This document shows, one piece after another, positions 12,824-28,100 of a stretch of DNA of 64,000 nt. Source of the stretch: Nageia nagi. Its lineage: Eukaryota > Plantae > Pinophyta. The translations under genes and the position numbers were made by a program. The notes under the pieces are model-generated. The model did not search any database, was not told the DNA's origin, and saw only the letters and a program-made list of their open reading frames with translations. Each line of letters opens with the position of its first letter. Position 1 is the stretch's first letter. The stretch lies in assembly GCA_050084985.1 (NCBI GenBank), contig JBITNC010000001.1:112158001-112222000 (forward strand), in the 5' to 3' direction.

Positions 12824-14097
12824 TTACCAATATTCTCCATAAGAACATTCTCTGCATTTGAAATGAAGAAATTGATTCACATCCATCATAGGAATGTTCC
12901 TTACAATAATTTAAGGGATAAACTTGGTTCCAAAACTTATGTCTTCATATAGTCAAAGATTCCTTATAAACCTTAGTAACATTTCCAATAGAATCTTTAA
13001 TAACCTAAATGCAATTGCCAACTTTTCTAAGAAATTCTCTATCTTCAACTTCCATATCATTCAATGTAGGTATTGTATTTGAAAATATAATCTGCTAGGT
13101 TAACCTTACTTGATTATTTTTTCAAATTTATCATGGATCTCATGTATTCAATCTATATAATAAAAGTGTAAATACCTATGTTGAATGATGTGGATAGAAA
13201 ATACCAGATTATATTTCCAAATATAATATAATCTGCTATCTTATTTCCTTTGTATTTCCTCAATGTACTTACTTAGAACATCATCTTTGTTGATCACTTT
13301 AGCAAAAATATTAGAAAGGAAAATATATGATGGAGTATATTTAGTCTCAATAAAAATAATTATTCCCATGTAATCCCTAATTCTACATTCATAAGTGATG
13401 TACATGTACCAAGAAGACTTCGTTGTGAACCCAATTTGGTGCTCCTTTGTAATGAAAGGTGATAAAAAATACATGCATTATAATTTAAATAGGAATAATT
13501 ATCATAAGAGTTACTATAACACCCATCTACTAATCCTTCTTGGCTATTTACAAGTACAACACATAAATATGTTATGCTTTTTGCATGACTCTTTGTAACC
13601 ACTCTTTGAGGTATTTCTACACCTTCTTCTAGAATTCCTATCATGGTGCATGCTGAAAGAATATGACAAAGGTTGTGGAGTTGGGATTTACTCTGGAAAA
13701 TTTTTCCTACCTAAAAGTCTCTTGTGTTATCCATATTTTTTGATCACTACACGTCATGAGGTTGTAACTATTTTATGCATCTCACAAAATAACTCGTATG
13801 CATTCTTTATGTTTAAAATTTTCTATACACTTCTACTAATGTATTCACTATTAAAAAATCTAATATTCTTTAAAATATCCTTTAGAGTGGGCTTTAAAGG
13901 TATTGGGAAAGGTGCACATGAGATTCTCCAACAACTCAAGCACAATTGTAACTATGCACATTACTAGAAGAGTAGGCATCCTCATCACCCACATAAAGCT
14001 AGTAGACATATGAAATAATAAATCAATGCTGCAAAGAATTTGTATCATAAAAAATGTTCTAAAAATTATTAGGAATATTTTATTCAACATTATGCAT
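12824..14097 (-). pseudogene. PLS-class PPR-E-DYW pseudogene, copy 2 (most complete)
   Basis: Pieces: VNPNS..F..ACTMIGILEEGVEI (PPR); RSLLGTCTSLMNVELG..SYIFLSNIFAK..DD (E domain); EKLAIAFRLL; RFLHFKCRECSYGEYW* (DYW end, stop at 12824). Confidence 0.88.
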
Positions 14098-14099
14098 TC

Positions 14100-17000
14100 T
14101 CCCTCTACAAAGAAAACATTTACAATGTAAATATAACTCTCCCAAATGTGTAACCAACTATGATTATCAAAAATAATTGATTTGTATTCTAAAAGTTTGC
14201 TTATACATATACAAACAAAGCCTAAACATATACCTTGTGTGTAAAAAATCAAACATTAGTATACTAAAATTAATTTAACAACTTATGTGCATATAAAACA
14301 TATGAACAAGTTAAAAATAAAAAGTAAGAGACAAGTAATACATAATTATATTAAAGAAATCTTATGTAAACATTTTATTGAATACAAAACATGGAAAATA
14401 TAATACAATGCATGCAATTACTTTTGAATTAAACACCTATATGCTTTGGTTTTTTGTGATAAAAGAACAACCATTTCTTTTTAGCATAAGATTAAGATGT
14501 CCACAACTCGTCAGAAACTTTTAGGCAAGTAACTAGTAGCGAGCTAAAGAAAAATATGAGTACATCTTGGCAAGAAGAGAGGGAGAAGGGACTATGGTAT
14601 CTAGATTTAAGAAGTTTTATTAGGACATATGAAATAAGTACAAACCAATATTTTTCATTACCTCTCTCATTATTTGAAAAATTAAGGTTGGTATTCATAG
14701 TGTTGATAGGTTCTCTACTCCTATTTTGATCTAGCTAGTGGTTGAATAACATTTTAGTTAAGGAGTTACATTTATTGAATGTTGGTCACTCTATTTTTGT
14801 AAGAACAACTCTATAAGATAGAGAAAATGGGGTTGAAGATATATGGCCACACTAAAGCAGCTACTCATCTCAAAGCTAAAATGTAAGATTAATCACCTAG
14901 AAATACACATTATTTTCTTACTAAGAAGAATACAATCTGTATTGACTTGAAACCATTCCATTTATAAATAGACATTGAATTGTTACTTATGTGGTCCTCA
15001 AATAAATGATATTGATGTGTTGGAATAATATTTATAAGAGATAAGCAGAGAATGGAAGACCCATAATATTAGTAATTTAGGATTTGAGTTTAGTGGAGGT
15101 CACACAAATGCAATCCCCCTCTTCCACAAATTATGATGTGCACTCTCTACATTGGGAGATGGTAGGAAGAACCCCCTCCCAAGTGCAATGGAAGTGTCCT
15201 ACCTAGGCCATCAACCTTGTTGATCACCCACTAACCTTGCATATGTAAGTATACTTTCATGCTTCTCCTCCCCTCCTAATTATCCTGTCTCCTCTTTCCC
15301 TCTCCCTTAGTTCTCCTACATGTGGTATCATCATGGAACCTTATGTTCAATGTAAGTATGCAAAAATAATTAGGAGTTGCCTAGTAAAGTCTTGAATGGT
15401 GCTACCCAATTTAAGCTCATATTGAGTTTATGATAAACCTCAAGCATCAATACTTAATTATAAATGGTAACTTAGAATCATTCATATTGTTTTTTAGGAT
15501 ATAGAGTATTATTAAAATATAAATATTTTTTTTTTGGTTCATTCAAGGTGTTTCAGGCTATCATAGATTCAAAAGTGTATAAAGGTATAGTATAACACCT
15601 CAACTAGATAAAGAGCATGTGTAGGAAATGAATTATATTTTAATCCTATAATGAGTTTTTAGAGAATAATTAATCATCGACATACATGTTATTTTTATCA
15701 CATATGGTAATATAAATTTTAAAAATATCTAAAATCCATTGTATGTTTAGGATTTATGTGCAATCATATTGTAATATGTATATTTAAAAATATCTATATT
15801 TAGCTTGAGATAGTTAATACGAAAATTATAGTTAAGTAACTATATCAATATATTTTTTTATAAAATTCTAATAATACATTATCATATTAATAGTATAATA
15901 TTTCTATATTATAAAATTTTATGGTTGATTACAAGTAGTATTTTTATTTTTCTTTATGCATATCTCACTTATCATGTCATGGGAAATGATGAAAACTAAA
16001 AAATCTCATATAATTAACATAGGTACTACCTCCTCAAATTGATATATTCATCAAATAATTGATATCTATTTCATATATCTTACATAATAACAAGGTTGTC
16101 AATATTTAATTGGTAATATCCCTCCATACAGTGCTATTCAAGGGTGTAAATCAATAATGGATGACCTATTATAATATAAATAGATTTAAATATTTTTTAA
16201 TAAATTAAATATAATCATCCTATTCTTATATGGTAATATTAATAATCTTGTTTATTATACTAATATATTTTAATATTTATTTTTAATAATAATCTATCTT
16301 GTATACTATATAGCTAACATTATTGTCATACATTATGTTTTTATGTCTTAATTATACTTCAAAATGTATTGCAAACAAATATTTATAGATATAAATATAG
16401 AGTTTAAACTTATTAAATATAAAAATTTATTATCAAGAGAAGGAATGTATCAAATGCATTTTTTTCACTTTGTGCATATATTATGAAAATAAATATATTT
16501 TGAGAACTTCATCTCTTTCTATCAACATGAGTTAAGTTATGTGTTATGAATGTCATGGATAAGTAAAACTAAAATATTTGAATGTCTTCATTGAAAATTT
16601 TAGTTTATTAATAATTGTATTAAGAGATTATATGAAATCTAGAGTTCCTTAGTTTATATTTAAATCTTATTTTACTTTTTTTGTAGGTTATTCTATTCTA
16701 ATTTCAAAATAATCATTAAAGCATTCTAAAGAGTATTAATAAATATATAGAATTAAAAAATCAAATCTTTTGTAATGAAAAATATCAATTAGAAATTTTA
16801 ATTACCTGGATAGTTATAATTATATTGTAATGCATTTTTTTATTTTATTATTAGTTTGATAAAGTGAGTATGAATTTTATACATTCTTCTTTTCAATATC
16901 AATTATACTAGAAGAAATGTGACTTTATATTCTTGCACAATCCTCTAAATTTTGAAACTCATAATGATTGAGGGAACAGTCCATTATATTTTACTCAAAT

Positions 17001-17750
17001 ACAAAGATAATGAAACATATTTATGGTTTTTAATACATTTCAATAGTTATAATATTATTTATATCCACTATGTCCTTATGCATTATTAAGAGGATATATC
17101 ATATGTAGATAATTTACTTTATTATTATATTTTCTACTAATATGATTACAAATTACTAGAGTAAAAGAACATACAAATACCATATTATCAAAGTGAATAC
17201 ATAAAAATTTCATATTCTAATGTAATGGTGTAAATTCATAATTTTATAATAAATTTTTATTTCATAAATATTTAACTATATATTTGTTTACTATAAATTT
17301 TATGTATGATTTAAAAAATATAATACATATCTATAATCTCTAAAAACTAATGAATATAAATTATTTATCAATTATTCAAGAAAAAATAAGTTCATATCTA
17401 TTTCAAAGTATGATAGTAAACTAGCATTTTTTAAAAGATCATATTTATAAATAATAACACATGTTATTATGGTAAATTTATTTTTTAATACTAATTCATT
17501 AAATATTTGTTATATACATTTATATTAGATAAATACTTCTTATTTATCAATTAAATGATTAGTTAAAAGATAGAGTATCATAATATGTAATATTAGTATA
17601 ATGATAATACACACGGTAGTGTAAAACAAAAAAAAATAAAAAAAATAAAAATTCAAAGTCTAAAATCTATTTCATGGTCAACCTAATCTCTAACAAATTC
17701 TCAATAGCCAATTTGAAAATGAGCTTCCAAAGCTCAAAGGAGGATACCTA
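14100..17750 (+). repeat. Array block duplicated at 25120-29270
   Basis: Colinear direct copy. The 28230-28890 segment of the second copy is absent here. Confidence 0.9.
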
Positions 17751-18319
17751 TGGTGTTAAATTACATCCAAATAAATCAAATAATTTTTTTCATAATATTT
17801 TATTTTTTTCATAGGCTTTACATGACCTTGGCAACTTATTTTATATCCTTGTTTCTTTGTTTTATTTTTGAAAAATAAATAATCTTATTCTAATAATAAA
17901 TACTTTTCTAATCAACACCTATTCAAACTTGGGTTAAATACATACAACCAATTTAGCTATGCATATAACCTAAAATAAGTAGTATATATTTATACAAGAA
18001 ATGAAAGTTATGCAAATGAGAGTCAATATCATATTTATTTTATATAAAACTTATATCAGTTTGTATAATATTGATAATTTAAACCACTTATCCCTTTTAT
18101 TTAAATGATTCAAAAATTCTACACTTTTGATTTAGAAAGAACTTCAAATTCATGTGAGATATGAATTTAGCCTTTTAATATAAGTTGGATCAAAAGGAGC
18201 CATCATGAAAAAATCAAGGTAAAAGCTATACCTAAACCACTAAAAACTTGGACCATTATTCATAAGGGTGAGATTGTTACAAAGAAATTGGAGATGAGAA
18301 TCATCGAGAATATGGCATG

Positions 18320-19700
18320 GCTTATCATTCTCAAGGAGAATTTGGATAATTTAAGGGATAAGTAAAGGAATACTTTGATTAGATACTTCATTTTACTATT
18401 GTTAAACTTAAATCATATTTGTCTCTAAATTAGTAATCATTGGAAAGTATCTTGATAAGTTGATATGGTTGCTTTACCTCATGAATGTTTAGTCTTTATT
18501 TTTACAAATGGATAAGATATGAACAAAGTTATGAAGTTGGGCTTGTCACTTCTAGGATAGAAGGAGCTACTTTTAAAATGTTGGCATACTAGTATCTATC
18601 ATAAGAAGGATAACATTTATGGTGTTCTTGTATGGGTAAATTTACCTTAATACTAATATATTATTTAGATTTGAGTATGATTAAAAAAAGTAACAAGAAT
18701 TGATAATAGAATGAAGGAAGATGAATTTTACATTAACACTTATATTACCAAGGAATTAAGGTAAAATATCTATGTTGAGGAGGAAGATGGAGAAACTTGA
18801 TAACAAGAAATAAGTTAAGAATATATGCCTATTAGTTGTAGCATATGTAGAAAATTTGAATATTATTCAAAGGAATATTTGGATGAAAAAGAGAAAGAGA
18901 ATATGGAATTCCTCAAGTTGTAAGAAGAGTGGAATACCCATGCATAGGGGAATAAGGATTCTAGAGAAATGATTAATTTCAAGCAACAAGAGGTGGAGAA
19001 AATTTTAGAATATTGACCACTTATGAAACTATGAACTTATTTCATTATTTGAATCCAAAGGAAGGTATTAAAATAACTAAAATTATAGAGTAAGAGATTT
19101 TGCATTGGCAATTATATGTACAAAAGTAATGATTAACAATGCAAAAATGGAGGAAGCGAAAAGTAGAAAGTTACAAAGAAGTGAAGTAAAAAATAGAAAA
19201 AATAAGGAGATATATCAAGATAGGTCATTAAGAGATGATGAAGAAATAGGAAAGGAAAAAGAAATGGACTTGATGATGGAAATCAACCTTGCACAAGAAG
19301 AAATTTTGATAATACAATGAGGAAGACACAAGATATAAGTAAAGGACATATGGGGAGGATTTCAAATTATGAAGTAAGAATATAGAATATAATTGATGAT
19401 ATTACCAATAAAACATAAAGCACTATATAGTAGAGTATTAGTTATAAGGTCCCATTTGGTACTCAATAATTATTCTTACTTATAATATGCATGGATGTAA
19501 TACCCAAAATAGGTAGAGGATAATAAAGTACCTCTAAATGGAATTTCTTATAGATTTGTTATTTATGTAGGAGACAAAGATGAACAAGGATAAGGTGGTA
19601 GAAGTAGAAATGAATGTTTAAAGGGAAGGATATTTTTTTAGGAGAGAATACTGTGGCCTATCAATGGATCTATATAGATTATGAAACCTAAATACTATAA
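18320..19700 (+). mobile_element. Degenerate LINE ORF1 fragment, copy 2
   Basis: Homologous to 4850-6250 (VALPHECLVFIFTN..MNKVMKLG..LLLKCWH..VLVWVNLP). Confidence 0.55.
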
Positions 19701-20289
19701 AAGGTATTCCCTATCCTAATACATCTAATAGATATCTTCATACACATAGTAAAATAATATTTTTCAACTACATTGTATAGGAATTAAAACAATAAATAAT
19801 AAATTAGGCATAGGTAAATAATTCCAATAAATTCCTCAAATACTTATTTCGCATATGTACATTTTAAAAATAATATAATCCATAGGTTAAATTTTCACTA
19901 TTTTATACAAGAGATTCATGTAGAAAAAAATAAAATTAGATATTACCATAATGAATTTTCTCATTGTTTCTTAAAACTATAATCATATTTATAATTAATA
20001 TTTGATATAAGAAAATAATATCTAAATAAAACTTATTTAAATAAAAATCAATATTGTACAAGAAATGAAAATTAGGCCAATGAGAATCAATATTATATTT
20101 GTTTAAAATAAAACTTATACCATTTTGTATAATATTCATATTGTAAACCATCATATCGCTTTTAGATAAATGATTCAAAAATTCTAAACTTTTGAATTAG
20201 AAATAATGTCAACATTCATGTAGGATAACTATACAAGATCTTTATATAAAAACATTATCAACCTTAACATTAAAGATGTTTTATTAAAA

Positions 20290-21500
20290 ATTTGTTAAAA
20301 GTATTGCAAGAATGCACTTAAATTTAAGTTGGAGAAAAATTATGATTAAATTCACGCCAGAAAGGAACCATAATAAAAATGGAGAGCTAAAAGCTATACC
20401 TAAACCACTAAACAATTGGACCACTATGGTCATGAGGGTGAATCTTGATGATATTGTTAGAAAGAAATTGGAGAGGAGAATCATCAAGAATTTGGCTATG
20501 CTTACCATTCTCAAGGAGATTTTAAATAATTTAGGGGATAAGTAAATGCATACATTGATCTAATGCTTCATTTCACTAATATAAAGGAATATATTGAGCT
20601 AATATTTATGAATATATGCCTATTAGCTATAGCATATAGAGAAAAATTGATTATTATGCTAAGGAATATTTGGATAAGAATGAGAAAGAGAAGATGGAAG
20701 TCCTTGAGTTGTAGGAAGAGTGGAGTACCCATGTGAAAAGGAATCAAGGATTCTATAGAAATGATTAATTTCAAGCAATGAGAGGTGGAGGATATTTTAG
20801 AAGGTTGACAAATTATGATACTAGGAACCTATTTCATTCTTTGAATCCAAATGAAGGCAATAAAATGGCTAAAATTAGAGTGTAAGAGATTTTCCATTGG
20901 AAATTACATATATAAAAGTAATAATTAGCAATGAAGAAAAGGAGGAAGCCAAAAGTAGAAAGTGATAAAGAAGTTAAGTAGAAAATACAAAAAATAAGGA
21001 GATAGATCAATATAGGTCATCAAAAGATGATGAAGAAATAGGAAAATAAAAAGAAATGGAGGTTGATTATGGAAAGAAAACTCCCACAAGAAGATTTTTT
21101 GATAATAAAATGAGGAAGACACAAGATATATGTAAAGGACATATGGGGAGGATGTCAAATTATGAATTAAGAATATATAATATAATTGAGGATATTACCT
21201 ATAAAAGATAATGCACTATAGAGTAGAGTAGTGATTGTAAGGTCCAATGTGGTAATCACTGATTATTCTTAGTTAGAATATACAAGGATGTAATTCTCAA
21301 AATAGGTAGAGGATCATCAACTACTCTAAAAAGAAATTCTTATAGATTTTTTATTTATATAGGAGACAAATATGAATAAGATAAGTTGGTAGAAGTGGAA
21401 ACAAAAGTTTAAAGGAGAGTATATTTTTTTTGGAGAAAATAAATGGCCTATTTATGGATATATTTAGATTATGAAACCTAACTACTATAAAAGGTATTTC
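20290..21500 (+). mobile_element. LINE-derived block, copy 3 (core deleted near 20590)
   Basis: Homologous to 18190-19700 but lacks the DUF4283-like core. Confidence 0.5.
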
Positions 21501-22855
21501 CTATCCTAATACATTTAATATATTTATTCATACACATAGTAAAATAATATTTTTCATCTACATCCTAATAAACTAATAAAATAGTTTGTTACCATTGTTA
21601 GTTGTATGATGTATCTATCTCTAAAACATTTTTGTCACTTTGGCATCATAATAAATAAAAAATATATTTTATATAGCTTTTTTATGAAATGAATAATTTC
21701 TAGACCAATTCAAACTAATCATACATGTTGTATTCTTTGTATGGTATATGGAACTAGTCCATCAAACATGTGTGAGCCTAGCACTATTTAACACAACAAA
21801 TGCACCTAGTTTCATAACTCTTTTCAATTTTTCAAATAATAGTGTACAATTTAGAATAATTTCTTAATGTTGTTCACTCATGTTCTTGTTGACATTTTTT
21901 TCTCCTATTATGCTCTTGATATGTGATCATAGTTGTGGTGACAAGGTATAAAAATTTAACATGTTTGGAGTATGTATACTTTTCTCAATGTTATCCATAT
22001 AAAACTAAAATTAATTAAAAAAATTAAATCAAAAGGTTTGAAACAAAAAAACAAATCCAAAGGTTTAAAACTATTTCATGGTGGGCCTACTCTCTAATAG
22101 ATTTTAAGTTGTGGATTTGAAAATGAGCTTCGAAAGCTCAAAAGGGAATATTGTGGCCTAATGAAAAAATAAATTTTAAAAAATTATAGTTAGACATAAA
22201 ATACATCAAAAATAATATATTTTTGAAATTAACTTTAAATGCATTTTGAATTTTTCTTTTACTAATTCTAACATTAATTTAAATAATTATATAATTATTC
22301 ATCATCTATTAGCTTTTATTTGTATTTCATTATGATTATTTGGCATCATCTTGTAAAATATAAAGTCTTGCAATGAATACTAATCAATATTCTAAATAGT
22401 AATAATAATATGATATATAAATCATTAGAATAAACTTATACATAAGATAATCACTATTATAATAGGAACAAAATATATCTAATACTTTGAAATAAAATTT
22501 ATCTAATATTTTATGATTAATTTAATTATGTTAGTATTCCACCTTAGAAGTTTTCAGAAAGCAAGTTCAAGTCTCCTACCCCAACTTAATGAGAAAAAAA
22601 TATCCTATTCACTCAAGTTGAAAATATAAATAATAAATTATAAATAATCAAATTTTAATAAAAATTTTCTATCAATTTATCCATTCTCTAATGTTGAATT
22701 AGCATTCAAGTTAAAAATTGAGTTTCAAAATCTAATCCTCATGCTAAAATAATTTACAATGAAAACAATGATATAGTCAAATGAGTCTAGCTTATAAACC
22801 CCTATCACTTCTCATTGATAATTTGTAATCAATGAATTCAATCAAGGGAAATAAT

Positions 22856-22980
22856 TTATAACACTATGTATCTATTGATCAAGGTAGTCTTCTCTATAGA
22901 ATTCATATTCTCTAAGGCATGCCTAAATTGGTTGATTTTGTGAGCTATATAATGTAGTGGATAATGGTTGTCCATAAGTA
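22856..22980 (-). pseudogene. 2ODD paralog C, 3' fragment
   Basis: Decayed homolog of the 2ODD last-exon end (L.DNHYP...SQ..FRHALEN..IEKTTLINRY). Confidence 0.65.
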
Positions 22981-23113
22981 AGGTATAAAAATAATATTTA
23001 GACTACATAGAAATACAATAAAAGATAGAGAAATATGTAGCTAGATTCAAGAGTATTAAGATTTATTATTACATAAGAGAGATATTATAATCACAAGGTA
23101 TGTCTATTCTTCA

Positions 23114-23245
23114 AAGACCCTTATGGTAGGTGAACATGAGAGGTTTCTCTTCCACCAGACTTACGAACTTTCTAGATCTGTGGAGTGGCTAGCGGTAGCG
23201 TTATCTCTATAATGCACATAACCAGCAGTAGATTCCAAGATATCT
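23114..23245 (-). pseudogene. EXORDIUM/PHI-1-like N-terminal fragment
   Basis: Hydrophobic ISWNLLLVMCIIEITLPLAT, then after a frameshift SRKFVSLVEEKPLMFTYHKG, resembling PHI-1/EXO 'RKL.ALVEE.PL.L.YHKG'. Truncated immediately after. Confidence 0.5.
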
Positions 23246-23954
23246 TAAAAATAAGAAAATAGAAACTAGAAAAGAAAACTATTTAGAGAATGAGATACCC
23301 TTGCTTGTATTATTTTACTCTTCAATACAAGGCAATTTAGAAAGTAGTTGGAAGAAGAGATGGGAGTTGAGATTAGAAATGGTAAGAGGAAAGTTAAATA
23401 GTCGATGTAGAACTAGTGTGATTAGTGGTTGATGTGTTGATGGTGATGGCTAGAGGAGCACCTTGTTGGTAAGGGTATTTTTTACACCTTATTAACTCTA
23501 CTATTGGTGTAGAAGTGAAAGCCATCACACTATTCTATAGCTTAATTATCAAGTAAAGCTATGTTGCATCTCATCCAATATACAATTATGTGTTATATGG
23601 TTCCAATGCCCAGAAAATGAATGAAAATAGTATTAAAGATGGTTCAAAATTAACAAATCTACACTACATGAAGTGCACATCATAGTTATTCTACTATCTT
23701 TATGTCAAAGTACCTCATTACTTGTAAGTCCACTAAAATAATTTATTATTTGCTAAATGTCATCTATTTACTTCAAATATTTATCCTTTTATTTTTATGA
23801 TTCACTTGTTTACTTCTCCAACTCTTTACTCTACAATAGTAGATAATTCCTTAAAAAATGATGTTAAGAATCAATATTATTGTAATATTTATTAACAATA
23901 ATTTTTTTAAAAATGAAATAATGGAATGATGAAATTGGTATGCAATAATTTGCA

Positions 23955-25119
23955 TCATCAATATATCACATAAGAACATTTTTCATGTTTGACATGAAGA
24001 AATCAATTTGTATCCCTCGTAGCAATGTTCCTTACAATAGTCCTAGGGGTAAACTTGGTTGCAAAATTGTAGTCATCATATAGTCACAGATTCTTTATAA
24101 CCTTAGTAACATTTCCAATAGAATATTTAATAACATGAATGTAATTGTCAACATTTCTAAGCAATTCTTTATCTTTCACTTCCATATCTTTCAACACAGG
24201 TATTGTAGTTGGAAATATAATCCACTACCTTCATCTTACTTGATAGGTTTTTTCAAATTACCATTGATCTAATGTGCTAAATCTATCTTCTTTAACAAAA
24301 GTGTGAATACTCTATCAACTTCAATCTAAATACATCTAAGAGTCATCTTATTTTCTCTATGTTTCATCAATGTACTTACTTAAAATATCATCCTTGCTAC
24401 CAAATTTAGCAAAAATATTTGAAAGGAGAACATATGATGTTGTATATTTAGTCTCTAGAAAAAATAAATGTTACCTTGCAATCCTTATTCCTACATTCAT
24501 AAGTGGTGTACATGTACCAAGAAGACTTCATTACACACCCAATTTGGTGTGCTTGAATAGTAAAATTTGAACAATAATACATGCATTATAATTTGCCTAG
24601 GAATAATTATAATAAAAGTTGCTATAGCATCCATATACTAATCATTCTTCGCTATTTGCAAGCACAACACATAAACATGTTATGCTATTTTACATGGCTA
24701 TTTGTAACCACTCTTTCAAGGATTTCTACACCTTCTTCTAGAATTCCCATCATGGTGCATGCTAGAAGGATACAAAAATGTTTGCAAGGTTGGGATTTAC
24801 TCTTGAAAATTGTACCTACCTAAAATTCTTTATATTTCATATTTTATCTATACTTCTACTAGTGTATTCACCATTACATTATCTAATCTTGTTTTAAATA
24901 TCCTTTAGAGTGGGCTTTGATGGTGCTAGGAAAGGTGGACAAGATATTATCCAACAATCCAAGTGCAATGCCAATATCCATGTTGCTAGCAAAGTAGCCA
25001 TCCTTATCCCCCAAATAAAGCTAATAGACACATGATATAATAAATAAATGATCCAAAGAATTTACATCATAAGAAATCATCCAAAAATGATTAATAATAT
25101 TTGATTTAATATTATGCAT
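23955..25119 (-). pseudogene. PLS-class PPR-E-DYW pseudogene, copy 3
   Basis: Colinear with 12824-14097; extra ~90 bp deletion near 24830; DYW end mutated to stops. Confidence 0.85.
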
Positions 25120-28100
25120 TCTTCCTCTCCAAATAAAACATCTACAATGTAAATATAATTGTCCCATGTGCATAACAAACTATCATTATCAAATATAACT
25201 AATTTGTATTCTAAAATAATGCTCACATATATACAATGGAAGCCTAAATATATACCTTATGTATAGAAAATCAAACATTAGTATACTAAAATTAATATAC
25301 AACTTATGTGCATACCAAAAATATGAATAAGTTAAAAATAAAAATTACAAGACAAGTAAAACAAAATTATATTGAAGAAATCTTACATAAAAGTTTTATT
25401 CAATACAAAATATGAAAATTATAATCCAATGCATGCAAGTGTTGTTGAAATAAACACCTATATACTTTGGTTTTTTATGAGAAAATAATAGCTATTTCTT
25501 TTTAACACAAACTTACTGTGTGTACAACTCGTAAGAAACTTATGGGCAAGTAATTAGCAATGAGCTAAAGGAAAATATGAATACATCATGGCATGAAGAG
25601 CCAAATGAGAGACTATGATATCAAGAACTAAGAAGGTTTATGAGGAAATATGAAATAATTACAAATTGATATTTTCCCTTACCTCTCTCATTATTTGAAA
25701 ATTTAAGGTTTGTATTCATAGAATTGGTAGATTCTCTACTCATATTTTGATCTAGCTAGTGGTTCCATCACATTTCCATTAGGGAGTTACATCTATAGAA
25801 TGTTGGTCACTAAATTTTAGGCAAAATAACTCTACAAGTTAGAGAATAGGGGATTGAAGATATATGACCACACTAATGTAGCTACTCATCTCAAAGCTAG
25901 AATGCAAGATTAATCACCTAGGAATATACATCATCTACTTACCAAGAAGAATACAATTTGTATTGAACTGAAACCATTCCATTCCCAAACTAGACATTAA
26001 AGTGTTGCTTATATGTTCCTCAAGTAAATGATATTCATGGGTTGCAATAGTATTTATAAGAGATAAGAAACAAATGGAAGACCCACAATGTTGGTAGTTT
26101 AGGACTTGGGCTTGACAAAGGTCACATGAATGCAAGCCCCCTCATCCATAAATTATGATGTGCACTCTTTGCATTGGGAGATACTAGGAATAACCCCCTC
26201 CTAAGTGCAATGGAAGTGCCCTACCTAGGACATCATCCTTACTTATCACCCATTGACCCCTCCTAGGTAACTATACTTTCATGCTTCTCCTCCCTTCCCA
26301 TTTATCCTCTCTCCTCTTTCCCTCTCCCTCAGCACTATTGGATGTGGGATCATCATGCAACCTTATGTTCAATGTAAGCATGCATAAATAATTTGTAACT
26401 TACTAGTAGATTCTTCAATGGTTAATATAAGGTGTTGTAGGCTATCCTATATTCAAGGGTATATAAAGGTATAATATAACACCTCAACTAGATAAGGAAC
26501 ATGTGTAGGAAATAAATTATATTTTAATCCTATATTGAGTTTCTCTTTAGAGATTAATTAACCATCTACATACAAATTATTTTTATCACATATGGTAATA
26601 TAGATTTTAAAAAGATATAAAATTTATTATATGTTTAGTATTTATGTGCAATCATATTGTAATATGTATATTTAAAAATATCTATATTTAGCTTGAGATA
26701 GTTAATATGAAAATTATACTTAACTAACTATATCAATAAATTTGTTTTATAAAATTCTTATAATATGTTATCATATTAATAATATAATATTTATATATTA
26801 TAACATTTGATGGTTGATTATTAGTATTTTTATTTTTCTTTATGCATATCTCACTACTCATATAATGGGAAAATGATGAAAACTAAAAAAATCTCATATA
26901 ATTAACATAGTTACTACCTCCTCAAATTGATATATTCATCAAATAATTTATATTTATTTCATATATATCACATAATAAAATGGTTTTCATTCTTTAATTG
27001 CTAATATCCCTCCATACAATGCTATTCAAGGGTGTAAATGAATAATGGATGATCTGTTATAATATGGAAAGATTTGAATATATTAAAATAAATTAATTGT
27101 CCTTATCCTATTTTTATATGGTCTTATTAATCCTCTTATTTATTATACTATTATATTATAATATTTATTTGTAATAATAATCTATATTCTATTCTATATA
27201 GGTAACATTATTGTCATATATTATAATTTTATATCCTAATTATACTTCAAAATATATGACAAACCATATTAATAAATATATATATGAAGTTTAAACTTAT
27301 TAAATATTAAAATTTATTATCAAGAGAAGTAATTTATCATCAACAATTTTCTCACTTTGTGCATACATTATGAAAAAAAATATCTTTTGAGAAATTCATA
27401 TCTTTCTATCAATAGGAGTTAAATATTTGAAGGAGGGTAATAATTGTATTAAGAGATTATATGAATTCTAAAGTTCATTAAGTTATATATAAATCTTAAT
27501 GTACACATATTTGTAGGTTATTCTATTCTAATTACAAAATAATCATCAAAGCATTCTAAAAAGTATTAATAATTATATAAACTAAAAAAAATAAATCTTT
27601 TGTAATGAAAAATATCAATTAGAAATTTTAATTACCGAGATAAATATAATAACTTAACATAGTACTTTATGATTATATTATAATACATTTTTTAGTTTTA
27701 TTGTTAGTTTGATAAAGTTAGTATGAATTTTATACATTTTTCTTTTCCACATCATTTATACTTGAAGAAATGTGAAGTTATGTTCTTCCATAATTCTCTA
27801 AAGTTTGCAACTCATAATGATTGAGGGAGCAATCCATCATACTTTACTCAAAGATAAATATGATGCAACATATTTATGATTTTTAATACATTTCAATAGT
27901 TATAATATAATTTATATTCACTATGTTCTTATGCATTATTAAGAGGATATATCATATGTAGATACTTTATTTTATTATTATATTTTCTATTAATATGATT
28001 ACAAATTATTAGAGTAAAATAATATAGAAATACCATATTATCAAAGTGAATACATGAAAATTTCATATTCTAATGTAATAGTTCAAATTCATAATATTAT

